Below are positions 8,906 to 16,397 of a stretch of DNA of 20,000 nt, in pieces. The position numbers and the translations under genes are program-made. Source of the stretch: an uncultured virus (IMG/VR IMGVR_UViG_3300021185_003028) (lineage: Duplodnaviria; Heunggongvirae; Uroviricota; Caudoviricetes); IMG/VR virus record IMGVR_UViG_3300021185_003028; one strand, 5' to 3'. Under the pieces are notes generated by a model, which saw only the letters and a list, made by a program, of their open reading frames with translations, did not search any database and was not told the origin of the DNA. Each line of letters opens with the position of its first letter. Within the stretch, counting starts at the first letter, position 1.

Positions 8906-9214
8906 TCAAGCCCCCCGTGTCATGTTGAGCACCTTATCGACTCTAAGAGCGGTGCGTGTGCGTGGTTGGTTGTCACGGCGAAGCATGACGGTCTTAACGA
9001 CGCCGTTGCGGACGATTGCCACGACATTCTCGCCGTTTGACTTGGAGTCACACGAGGAGTCTCGGTGAGCGTTCAGACGGACAGCATAGACAGCCATTGA
9101 AACATCTCGGCCAACGACTTCCACAGCCGCTTGAATGTTCATCAATGCCTCGCTTCGCTCGTCCGCTGTGAGGCGGGTGTTCAGGCGGTCGAGGGCGTGT
9201 GTGTTTGTTCGCAT
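8906..9214 (-). CDS. Hypothetical protein, possible RelE/BECR-fold RNase-like (102 aa)
   Basis: N-terminal THALDRL..R and C-terminal VVAIVRNGVVKTV pattern; own TATA promoter. Confidence 0.6.
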   Translation of the reverse strand: MRTNTHALDRLNTRLTADERSEALMNIQAAVEVVGRDVSMAVYAVRLNAHRDSSCDSKSNGENVVAIVRNGVVKTVMLRRDNQPRTRTALRVDKVLNMTRGA

Positions 9215-9265
9215 GGTTAGAGATGGGAGGCCACCCCTATATATACATGCCTCTCAAAGGTTCTC

Positions 9266-9290
9266 GTCCCCGCTCGCTCTGAGCGGGGAC
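9266..9290. terminator. Perfect 10-bp GC hairpin between cassettes
   Basis: gtccccgctc-gctct-gagcggggac, just downstream of the 9316-9621 stop. Confidence 0.55.
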
Positions 9291-9315
9291 ATAACCGAAG
9301 GACTGATGCTCGTTT

Positions 9316-9621
9316 TCAGCAGTCGCACTCGTCTTCTTCTGACTGTGCTCGAATCTCGGCGACTCGCTTGCGAGTAGCCTCAAACATGTATTGGTCTTCG
9401 TGGCCTGTGCCATTGCATGCGGCCATGATTGCCATAGCAAATGTCATGGCGTCGTCTTTGGTCATTTTGATGCTCGTCCCGTGTCCGCCTGCGCTCATGA
9501 AGACGCCGATGTGTTGGCTTCTCTTCACCACTACGGAGATGTCGGTCGGTGTTCCTTGAGAGTCGTTCCATCCATTGAAGGAGCGGCCTGCGTGCGTGTC
9601 TGTCATGGTCTGTGTTCCCAT
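9316..9621 (-). CDS. Hypothetical early protein (101 aa)
   Basis: Start moved to ATG 9621 behind a TATATATAGGGG promoter; the longer track ORF runs through element E. Confidence 0.75.
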   Translation of the reverse strand: MGTQTMTDTHAGRSFNGWNDSQGTPTDISVVVKRSQHIGVFMSAGGHGTSIKMTKDDAMTFAMAIMAACNGTGHEDQYMFEATRKRVAEIRAQSEEDECDC

Positions 9622-9677
9622 ATTTACAGATGGGAGGTCGCCCCTATATATAGATGCCGATTTTAGTATAGAATAAA

Positions 9678-9720
9678 AAAGACTATATACTGCCAGCCTT
9701 ATGTTCAAGTGGATGATGAT
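9678..9720 (+). repeat. Element E copy
   Basis: aaagactatatactgccagccttatgttcaagtggatgatgat. Confidence 0.95.
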
Positions 9721-9804
9721 GCGGCGGACATAGCCGCCCGCCAAAAACGCACGACTGCGCCCCTGCTGTCAGGGACTCAGCGCAGGCGGCGGCGGTGGTT
9801 CGCC

Positions 9805-10326
9805 TCAGTATTCTTCACAGTTCCCGTCATCAACGATGAAGCCGTTCTGATTCATCCAAGCATCCGAGACAATGCCGACAATGCACGAAGCAGGAATGTC
9901 GCCATGAATCTCGGTGTCGCCGCCGTATCCGTGCGGGTCGTCTTGTATGGTGACGCCAGTGGCCTTGAGTGCGTCCATATCAACGGCGAAGGTGATGCCA
10001 TCAGGAGACCACTTCAAATCGACTCCGTCGAACTTTACATAGGTGTTCTTGGTGATGCCTTGCGAGCGTCTCAATTGTTGCTTATACATGCCGAAGCGGT
10101 TGCCGCTTGCGACTTCGCTCTTAACTTGGAAATCACGAGGGATGCCGAACTTGAACCCGTTGGCAATCAATTGCCGTCGCTTGGCTCGGAAGAGTGGAGA
10201 GTCAAAGTTCGGGAGGTCGAATCCCCGTGAATCCATAGAGAGGATACCGTCTTTCATGATGGTCTCGGCGTGCCTTGCATCGGTTCGATGGAAGGCGAGG
10301 TTTCGGGTGGGGGTTGCGTCTTGCAT
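9805..10326 (-). CDS. Putative ADP-ribosyltransferase-fold protein (Tpt1/KptA-like H-clade), 173 aa
   Basis: AFHRT....AETIMKDGI resembles LYHGT...IL.EGL; FAVDMDAL strand; terminal EIHGDIPASCI. Confidence 0.6.
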   Translation of the reverse strand: MQDATPTRNLAFHRTDARHAETIMKDGILSMDSRGFDLPNFDSPLFRAKRRQLIANGFKFGIPRDFQVKSEVASGNRFGMYKQQLRRSQGITKNTYVKFDGVDLKWSPDGITFAVDMDALKATGVTIQDDPHGYGGDTEIHGDIPASCIVGIVSDAWMNQNGFIVDDGNCEEY

Positions 10327-10371
10327 GGTTAGTCGTAGCCGCCGCCCCTATATAACATGACCGCTCAAAGT

Positions 10372-10539
10372 TCAGAGCCATGAGAAATCTTCGGGGTGAT
10401 AGATTCGACCGTGACCCGACGGGAATGCCTTGCGGCGTTCTTCGACTTGCCACGCCGTCCAACGGTTATTGACGACGATAGGAAGCCACAGCGGCAAGGT
10501 TGCCAACAACAGGAGATAAACGAACCATCGAGCAAACAT
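10372..10539 (-). CDS. Small membrane protein (55 aa)
   Basis: MFARWFVYLLLLATLPLWLPIVVNNRW...; ATG directly abuts the upstream TGA; not in the ORF track. Confidence 0.6.
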   Translation of the reverse strand: MFARWFVYLLLLATLPLWLPIVVNNRWTAWQVEERRKAFPSGHGRIYHPEDFSWL

Positions 10540-10719
10540 TCAGGCCACCGCCGTCCATGTGTCGAGTAGATAATTGAAGACCGCAGTCCAGTCACGGTTC
10601 AGGTGAGCCACGCCACCTTCGACAATGTCAGTCAGGTCGTCGCCGTTCTCTGCGTGGTTTGCGAGAGACTTGGCTCGGCCGCTGTATAGGGTTCGGAGGA
10701 GGTCGGTGTTGTTGCTCAT
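10540..10719 (-). CDS. Hypothetical early protein (59 aa)
   Basis: MSNNTDLLRTLYSGRAKSLANHAENGDDL...; CCTATATAGG promoter ~20-30 nt upstream. Confidence 0.7.
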   Translation of the reverse strand: MSNNTDLLRTLYSGRAKSLANHAENGDDLTDIVEGGVAHLNRDWTAVFNYLLDTWTAVA

Positions 10720-10756
10720 ACCCCGACGAGTAGATGCTCCTATATAGGCATTCCGC

Positions 10757-11038
10757 CTAAATCTTTCGTGCTTTGACGGTTGCGCCGTCGATTGAATAGG
10801 CCCACTTTTTCAGAGTGATGGAGGTCAATTGTCCTCGCTCCATGTGCAGGCGACCGCCCTCCTTATCGCCGATGATAGCCGAAGCCTCCCGACGGATTGA
10901 CGCAACGGCGACAGCCTCAGAGAGACGGAACAAAGCACAGTCCCGACGAAGTCTGACGACCTCAGCAATGCGGAAACGGTGCAGGCGTTTGGTCGCCTTG
11001 CGGCTCTCTCGGCGTTCGGCACGACTCAGGCGGCTCAT
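10757..11038 (-). CDS. Arg-rich basic hypothetical protein (93 aa)
   Basis: GGAGG SD upstream; MSRLSRAERRESRKATKRLHRFR. Confidence 0.65.
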   Translation of the reverse strand: MSRLSRAERRESRKATKRLHRFRIAEVVRLRRDCALFRLSEAVAVASIRREASAIIGDKEGGRLHMERGQLTSITLKKWAYSIDGATVKARKI

Positions 11039-11087
11039 ATTTCAGAGCCGCCCTCCCATGTTCTTGAGCGTGTCGGCTCAAGTCCAC

Positions 11088-11270
11088 TCAAATGCCTGCG
11101 GCTATGACTGCTTGGAGTTCTTTCTTTGCTTCGTCCCATGCTTTTTTGAGTTCGTCGCAGGTATCAGGGCAAGACCATTCGTAGGCTTCGCCTGCAATTC
11201 TTTCGGCTACTTCTGCTTCGTAGCGGGCTTCTGACCAGTCTTCATCGGGGGTGTCGGAGTGTTCGTCCAT
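11088..11270 (-). CDS. Acidic small protein (60 aa)
   Basis: ATG 11270 behind AAACCTTTATT..TAGGACTAAAC; 18 D/E versus 6 K/R. Confidence 0.75.
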   Translation of the reverse strand: MDEHSDTPDEDWSEARYEAEVAERIAGEAYEWSCPDTCDELKKAWDEAKKELQAVIAAGI

Positions 11271-11308
11271 GTTTAGTCCTAAAGGTCGGGGGGTAATAAA
11301 GGTTTTGC

Positions 11309-11554
11309 TCAAGCGAGTCTCTCCCATAGATTGAAGCAGGTGGTCAAGGTCACTTCATCAATGAAGGCGTCCTCTTCTTCTGATGGGGTTTCATCATATC
11401 GGGTGTTGAAGTCGAAGACCTCACGCTTGACAATGTCTCGCACATTGCTGTATTGGCGGTCGGGATTTCCCCATGAGTCCAAGAAGACTCTTGAGATTCG
11501 TCCTGAGATTTGTGGGCTTATTGGGCGGGGGGTTAGGCGGCTGTTTGTTCGCAT
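11309..11554 (-). CDS. Hypothetical early protein (81 aa)
   Basis: ATG 11554 behind a TTATATAGGGG promoter. Confidence 0.75.
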   Translation of the reverse strand: MRTNSRLTPRPISPQISGRISRVFLDSWGNPDRQYSNVRDIVKREVFDFNTRYDETPSEEEDAFIDEVTLTTCFNLWERLA

Positions 11555-11623
11555 GTATTTGATGGTAGGGTGTCCCCCTATATAAGCATGCCGCTCAAAG
11601 TAAATACGAAAGTATAGATTAGG

Positions 11624-11667
11624 AAAGACTATATACTGACAGCCCTGTGGTTCAAGTGGACGACGAC
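11624..11667 (+). repeat. Element E copy
   Basis: aaagactatatactgacagccctgtggttcaagtggacgacgac. Confidence 0.95.
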
Positions 11668-11723
11668 TAAACGCACCACTCCGAGCCTGTGGGCCGCCGC
11701 CCTCGTTCTGATGTTTGGGCGGC

Positions 11724-12005
11724 TCACTGGAAAATCCATTCAAAGCCTGCCTGCTGAATGTGAAAGCGGGTCAAGCCGTCGGGCATTTCTGTCTTGAAGA
11801 ATCGGCACGGCTCGCCCTCCATCTCGGCGCAGGTCGTGAAGTCGTCGAAGGTCTCGCCCTCGTCGAGCATATCGGAGACGATGACAGCGGCCAAAAAGTC
11901 GGCCTCTGAAATCTCGACACGGTGGGTCATCATGGTGTGCCAATCGGCTTCACCTTCGTCAGTGCGTCGGACTCGGTCGCATGTTCCTAAGAAGTGGCGG
12001 CTCAT
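11724..12005 (-). CDS. Acidic hypothetical early protein (93 aa)
   Basis: ATG 12005 behind GAAAGGTTTATA; ends QAGFEWIFQ. Confidence 0.75.
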   Translation of the reverse strand: MSRHFLGTCDRVRRTDEGEADWHTMMTHRVEISEADFLAAVIVSDMLDEGETFDDFTTCAEMEGEPCRFFKTEMPDGLTRFHIQQAGFEWIFQ

Positions 12006-12069
12006 ATCCCTCCCTGTGCATGGGGGGATATAAACCTTTCGGCCTATCAAACCTTTGAGATGAACACCA

Positions 12070-12099
12070 CCCTCGACGGCTTACAACGCCCGTCGAGGG
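12070..12099. terminator. Perfect 10-bp hairpin between cassettes
   Basis: ccctcgacgg...ccgtcgaggg downstream of the 12124-12372 stop. Confidence 0.55.
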
Positions 12100-12123
12100 C
12101 GACTCACTCGCCTGCTTCTTTAC

Positions 12124-12372
12124 TCATGCAAACATCGACGCCCACGCATTGACCATCTCACGGACATCAAACATGATGCACTCGGTTCGGCGGGTCATTG
12201 CGTGAAATAGGTCGGCTTGGTCTTCAAGGTCGAGCATCTGAGAAATTATTTGCTGTGCCTCGAATGAGTGAACATCAGCGACGGAAAGACGACCCATGAG
12301 GGAGCGTGCTTTGGTCGTGAGTTCAGATTGGCTAAAAATCGTGCGGGTGGGGGTTGGGCTTTCTTCGTCCAT
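12124..12372 (-). CDS. Hypothetical helical early protein (82 aa)
   Basis: ATG 12372; promoter nearly identical to that of 7783-8037 (TTTATATCCCCC..CACTACGGCAA.ACATGGACG). Confidence 0.75.
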   Translation of the reverse strand: MDEESPTPTRTIFSQSELTTKARSLMGRLSVADVHSFEAQQIISQMLDLEDQADLFHAMTRRTECIMFDVREMVNAWASMFA

Positions 12373-12536
12373 GTTTTGCCGTAGTGGTGGGGGGATATAA
12401 ACATATCGGTGTCCAAAACCTTTATATCCCGCCACCATGTAGGACACATGAGAGGGGAGGGGCGAGCGGCCTCCTGAATCGAGTTCACTTGGGGAGGGTG
12501 CGGGTGCTACTAAAGAATCAACGCACACGAAACGAA

Positions 12537-12561
12537 GTATCGGCTAAATGGTATCGGCTAA
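12537..12561 (+). repeat. GTATCGGCTAA direct repeat, 2 copies
   Basis: 12537-12547 and 12551-12561. Confidence 0.9.
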
Positions 12562-12613
12562 ATGTCACCCGCCCCCTGATGAGGCGGGTTCAGAATCAGC
12601 GGCTCGGCTCGGC

Positions 12614-12862
12614 TCAAGAAAGGTTGGCGAGTGCTCGGTTCAAGGTCTCGTGACGCCATACGACAAAACGAGCAACCAATAGGCGGTTTTGGTTGTATTC
12701 ACGAACCATCTCGCCTTCGGGGAATCCGAGCCAACCGTTTTTGGTATCATCAGAAAGAATCGCTCGTGCTTCGGTCAGGTCGATGTTGTTGAATCTCCCT
12801 GTTTCAATCAGTCGTTGTGCTTCGTTTGCGACCCATTGGGTCATGAATGTTGCTTCGTCCAT
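12614..12862 (-). CDS. Hypothetical early protein (82 aa)
   Basis: ATG 12862 behind AACCTTTATA..CTACGGCAATAC. Confidence 0.75.
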   Translation of the reverse strand: MDEATFMTQWVANEAQRLIETGRFNNIDLTEARAILSDDTKNGWLGFPEGEMVREYNQNRLLVARFVVWRHETLNRALANLS

Positions 12863-12905
12863 GTATTGCCGTAGGTGTAGTAGGATATAAAGGTTTCTAT
12901 AACCT

Positions 12906-12946
12906 AAATAAAAAAAGTGGACGAGCCGACCCCCATCGGCTCGCCC
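12906..12946 (-). terminator. Hairpin plus oligo-T terminator of the large ncRNA
   Basis: Minus strand GGGCGAGCCGA-TGGGGG-TCGGCTCGTCC-ACTTTTTTTATTT. Confidence 0.75.
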
Positions 12947-13528
12947 TGAGAAAGGGAGAACACGGCCCGTATTGGTCGTGGGTAGCGTGCTCAAGGTTCG
13001 AGCGGGGTTGATTTGGTTTCGGGAGTCGTTGGTTCGACGCCTGATTACTACGACCTTCCCCGTGCCTCCCGCACGGGTTTAGGTAGTCGAGTCACAGTGG
13101 TTCACGCATGCGGTGATTACTTGTGCTGTCATGTTTCATCTATTCAAATCAGAACCCCCGCTCTTGGAGGTTCGTCAGAATAAGAGAGGGCGTGGGTGTT
13201 TGGTGCGTTGCGCTGTGTTAGCCGCCTATTCCCGACCGAAGTCCATTTGATGCCACGAGGGCGGGTGCGTTCATACAGGGAGCGAAGGGGCAGGGCTTAT
13301 CACCGAGTCTTCTGACCTTAGCCACTTAGCACGATACTCAGTGCCTCCGAAGGATTTAGGTCGCCTCACCTTAACCCCCGCTAACTCCTTTGTTGCCGTT
13401 CCCCGTGTGCGGTTGGATGACCGACGGGTTAGGCTCAAGGTGTTGCGAGGAGGTGATTCTCTCTCATCTGTTAGCCCCACATGTCCCCATGTGGAGCGAC
13501 TGTCAAAGGCGGGTTTGACTCCGCCCTC
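12910..13528 (-). ncRNA. Putative large structured non-coding RNA (~620 nt), family unrecognised
   Basis: Early-type promoter (TTATATA 13550-13556 plus TAGGAC) with no ATG at the start position, no credible ORF, dense stems including long-range pairing and a UUCG tetraloop, and a terminator at the end. Confidence 0.7.
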
Positions 13529-13575
13529 AAATGTCCTACGGGTCTCGCCTATATAAGGCTTGTCCCGAAAGGTTC

Positions 13576-13687
13576 AGAGCGGCGGGTTCGTCGTCAGCCT
13601 ATTCACGAACCCACGCCCCTCGTAAAAGGTGCGCCTCCCGACTCGCCCCCAATTCAGGGGACAGGCTGTGGGTGGTAGTTCCGCTCT
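13576..13687 (-). ncRNA. Putative ~112-nt structured RNA with closing stem and pseudoknot
   Basis: Promoter TTTAAT..TAGGACTAATC followed by AGAGCGG in place of ATG. The 5' AGAGCGG pairs with the 3' CCGCTCT, and there is a 10-bp internal stem whose loop can pair with a 5' segment. Confidence 0.65.
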
Positions 13688-13741
13688 GATTAGTCCTATG
13701 GGCCACACCCTATTAAAGATTCCTATATGTTTCTATTAACG

Positions 13742-13783
13742 AAAGGTTTATAGGGTGACAGCCCTGTGTTCATATTGGACGAC
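13742..13783 (+). repeat. Degenerate element E copy
   Basis: aaaggtttatagggtgacagccctgtgttcatattggacgac. Confidence 0.75.
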
Positions 13784-13900
13784 TCCTCCTAAAGGGGTCA
13801 GGCCAAAGAAAAACGCCGCACGGCGTAACATCAGAGAAGGGCGGGCGACCACTATCAGCCCGAATGTGGCCGCCCTAAGAGTCGAAGGCTGTGAGCCGTC

Positions 13901-14275
13901 TCACATGCACATGTAGGTTTCAGAAGGCATGCGGTATGCACGGTATCGGTTGCCTACGAGAGCACGCAGAGCCTGATAAGCGTCTGTGTGAATGTAGAAG
14001 CGGTCGAGGTGCTCGCAGATGTGAAAGTTAGCACAGCAGGCAATTGAGATGATGGTTGCTTCAATTGCTCTCTTGCCCTCGTCAGTCCACTTTGCAGGCA
14101 GTAGCGAAGACCATGAGTTCTCGCAAGCGGCGGCGATAGCCATGCGGTGCGTAGCGTGGTTGATGAGTTCAAAGTTCTCCATGAACACCTCAGTAGTGCG
14201 AGGATTCATTTTGGCCTCAAGCACGATTTCAAGGTATTGTTCTTTTGTCAGCGGGTGTGTCGGTCTGTCCGTCAT
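13901..14275 (-). CDS. Hypothetical early protein (124 aa)
   Basis: Promoter AAACCTTTAAG..TAGGACTAAAC-ATG. Confidence 0.8.
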   Translation of the reverse strand: MTDRPTHPLTKEQYLEIVLEAKMNPRTTEVFMENFELINHATHRMAIAAACENSWSSLLPAKWTDEGKRAIEATIISIACCANFHICEHLDRFYIHTDAYQALRALVGNRYRAYRMPSETYMCM

Positions 14276-14351
14276 GTTTAGTCCTATACGCTTTCCCTAC
14301 TTAAAGGTTTTGTATTATCGTTCTGACATGGGTCGGCTATTTTAGCCGCCC

Positions 14352-14389
14352 TCCACTTGAACGGTATGGCTGTCAGTATATAGTCTTTT
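14352..14389 (-). repeat. Element E copy, inverted
   Basis: Reverse complement aaaagactatatactgacagccataccgttcaagtgga. Confidence 0.9.
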
Positions 14390-14390
14390 C

Positions 14391-14580
14391 TATAATATAC
14401 TATTATAATAATAATATAATAATTAAAAGAATGAGAAGCACTATGACACACACACATGATAGAGAGAGAGAAGTGTGTGTGTGCTCAGGGGTATGCCGTC
14501 CGCATCATTGTTTATCGAAACCGATAGGCTACGCCCCTGAAATGGGGTGTTTAATTCAGGGGGACATTCAGGGTTTTTTC
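14391..14580. other. AT-rich tract plus hairpins; candidate replication origin
   Basis: 14391-14432 is almost pure A/T in a roughly 55% GC genome; (AC)5/(GT)5 stem 14446-14482; cccctgaa/ttcagggg inverted repeat 14534-14562. Confidence 0.45.
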
Positions 14581-14648
14581 ATATGAAGAATTGTCAAAAC
14601 CTATCGGCCTCTCGTACTTTCATGCGTCAAAAGTCTGAATCGTCCCCA

Positions 14649-14855
14649 TCATTGTTTGTAGCAATTCACGAAGTCACCTATAAACCAACGAGCCAATTGA
14701 GACCACGATTTGAAAGCAGGGAGGTACAGATTCCGATACCATTGGGCGTAACAGAACTGAGCCTCGTGCTCATCGTTCAGGCGTTGGTTCACCTGCTCTA
14801 TGGCTCTCTCGCTCGCCTCCATGACAACATCAAACGGGGTGAGTTCGTCGGTCAT
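14649..14855 (-). CDS. Hypothetical protein (68 aa)
   Basis: TGATG translational coupling to the upstream gene; GGTGA SD. Confidence 0.7.
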   Translation of the reverse strand: MTDELTPFDVVMEASERAIEQVNQRLNDEHEAQFCYAQWYRNLYLPAFKSWSQLARWFIGDFVNCYKQ

Positions 14856-15121
14856 CAGAAGTCACCTGCGAGCCAAGCCGCACGCTCCGCACGGTTGGCA
14901 CGGATGGACGCTCGCCACATTGCACAGCGGTCGTCAGCGTTGATGTATGCGACAGCGTCGGCGTGTGGTGTGCCTTGACAGACCATAGCCACGATTGCAC
15001 GAGCACGACCCTTGATGTGGGTCACAATGCAAGCGGTTGAGATGCCGCCTGAAAAACCGTCTGTGTATGCTCGACTTGCGGCGAGGCGTGCTCCGAGTGT
15101 TGGTCGTGTGTCTCCGTCCAT
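14855..15121 (-). CDS. Hypothetical early protein (88 aa)
   Basis: Promoter TTAATA..TTACGAGTAAC-ATG. Confidence 0.75.
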   Translation of the reverse strand: MDGDTRPTLGARLAASRAYTDGFSGGISTACIVTHIKGRARAIVAMVCQGTPHADAVAYINADDRCAMWRASIRANRAERAAWLAGDF

Positions 15122-15271
15122 GTTACTCGTAAGGGATGCCCCTTATTAAGACTATCGGTCTCCAAAACCTTTATATCCCCCTGACCCCTACGATTAACAT
15201 AGCCGACCTCAGCGGAGGACGGGAGAAGAGAAGGAATAAGCGGAGGCTTATTTCAAAATCCTATCAGAACG

Positions 15272-15296
15272 AAAAGACTATATACCCCCATCTCAT
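15272..15296 (+). repeat. Element E variant, 24/25 identical to a minus-strand sequence inside polB (697-721)
   Basis: aaaagactatatacccccatctcat versus aaaagactatatacccgcatctcat. Confidence 0.85.
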
Positions 15297-15337
15297 AGCA
15301 ACAACAAAGGCCGACCCACCCGACAGGCCGACAGTCA

Positions 15338-15378
15338 ATAAAAAAAGACCCACCCGCTCAGAGCGGGCAGGTCTTTCA
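15338..15378 (-). terminator. Hairpin plus oligo-T terminator
   Basis: Plus strand ataaaaaaagacccacccgctcagagcgggcaggtcttt. Confidence 0.65.
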
Positions 15379-15511
15379 CTGGGGGGGAGACGGCCTCACG
15401 CCGTCCGAGATTAGCGGGCCATTGCGGCCCTTGTTGCCGCCCATAGGGCGGCTGTATCATTTCCGTTTATCTTCTCACCTCCTTGCGTTGTTTTGTTCGT
15501 TCTCGTGTTGC

Positions 15512-15715
15512 TCAGACGGTCTTGACGACGACCTTTTGGTGGATGCTGTGCTTGCTTGGGGAGGAGACTCGCCAAGAGCCACAGTCCACGCACGAGAGGT
15601 CGAGGTTCTCGACGCCGAAGAGGTCGGTCTTGACCTCAAGGGTGAATGATGGGCAACCACATTCACAGGTGACGGTCTTGGTCGGGCTTCGGGGGGTTGT
15701 TGTCTTGTCTGACAT
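15512..15715 (-). CDS. Zinc-ribbon microprotein (67 aa)
   Basis: TCECGCPSF...LSCVDCG; own promoter TTATATAGGGGG..CTACGGTTAAAC-ATG. Confidence 0.8.
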   Translation of the reverse strand: MSDKTTTPRSPTKTVTCECGCPSFTLEVKTDLFGVENLDLSCVDCGSWRVSSPSKHSIHQKVVVKTV

Positions 15716-15766
15716 GTTTAACCGTAGGAGTCCCCCCTATATAAGCCTGCCTCTGAATGGTTTTGC

Positions 15767-16099
15767 TCAGTTATGAGCGGCACGGTGGCCCTCTTCGCTC
15801 CACTGCTCGTCTGTGAAGTCGTTCTCGGTGTCCTTGCTTGCACGGATGCACATAGCCATTGAGTACGACCCGAAGGGCATGAAATACTCGTTGCCGTCAC
15901 AGTCTGTATTGATGCGGCGGGCTACTGGTGCGTCGTCGCTGTTGCCGTGCGGGTGGTGAATCCATACCGTCTTTGATGTGCGGCGGACAATCTCGACGCT
16001 CACGATTGAATGATAATTCGAGGCGAAGCGGCCGTAGTATTCACGGCCAACGATGAAGGTTGAGGGGCGGGCTTCGGGGGTCTGAGTGTGTGCGCTCAT
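15767..16099 (-). CDS. Hypothetical early protein (110 aa), F.VG..Y family
   Basis: FIVGREYY...VEIVRRTSKTV...RRI...DGNEY...GSYS; promoter TTTAAT at the usual spacing to ATG 16099. Confidence 0.8.
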   Translation of the reverse strand: MSAHTQTPEARPSTFIVGREYYGRFASNYHSIVSVEIVRRTSKTVWIHHPHGNSDDAPVARRINTDCDGNEYFMPFGSYSMAMCIRASKDTENDFTDEQWSEEGHRAAHN

Positions 16100-16249
16100 A
16101 ACCATGCGTGGGGGTGCGACCTATTAAACCTATCGGTCACGAAACCTTTATATGCCTCCACCCTTTAGGGTTAGATAAGCAGGGATTGAAAGCCCGCTGA
16201 CTAAGGCACGGGGGGAGATGCCGTCTCATGTACGGCCTGCCCGCTCGTA

Positions 16250-16292
16250 GTCGTCCACTGGAACATGGGAGACGACACCCTATAAACCTTTC
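16250..16292 (-). repeat. Element E copy, inverted and partly degenerate
   Basis: Reverse complement gaaaggtttatagggtgtcgtctcccatgttccagtggacgac. Confidence 0.8.
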
Positions 16293-16334
16293 GGCGTGGC
16301 GTTCTCTTGAGAGGTGGGAGAATGTAGGATAGGC

Positions 16335-16352
16335 AAGACTATATACCGACAG
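16335..16352 (+). repeat. Element E 5' half
   Basis: aagactatataccgacag(c). Confidence 0.75.
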
Positions 16353-16397
16353 CACAAGGGAGCAACAAAGCCGCCCGCACCCGCAGGCCGACGGTCG

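Noticed and set aside
8126..9720. ATGATGA after element E as a C/D-box sRNA C box or as a peptide start
   Set aside because: Other copies have ACGACGA, no D box lies at a consistent distance, and the resulting peptides (6-37 aa) are unrelated.
7611..11667. Element E as a CRISPR or TIGR array
   Set aside because: Copies are 0.5-2 kb apart, separated by genes and present in both orientations. There is no fixed spacer length and no cas or Nop-domain gene in the window.
9316..12994. Long N-terminal extensions of track ORFs (9744, 11327, 11743, 12050, 12528, 12994; also 7606 and 18345)
   Set aside because: They run through promoters, element E or a neighbouring gene; internal ATGs fit the conserved spacing better.
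12990..13045. tRNA genes suggested by GGTTCGA motifs
   Set aside because: No flanking T-stem, acceptor stem or cloverleaf could be built.
13583..13600. Hammerhead ribozyme (CTGACGA..CGAA on the minus strand)
   Set aside because: No stem II between CUGANGA and GAA, and no GAAA.
13271..13678. ORFs 13271-13480, 13341-13556 and 13481-13678
   Set aside because: Starts do not fit the promoter spacing, composition is not protein-like, and they overlap dense RNA stems.
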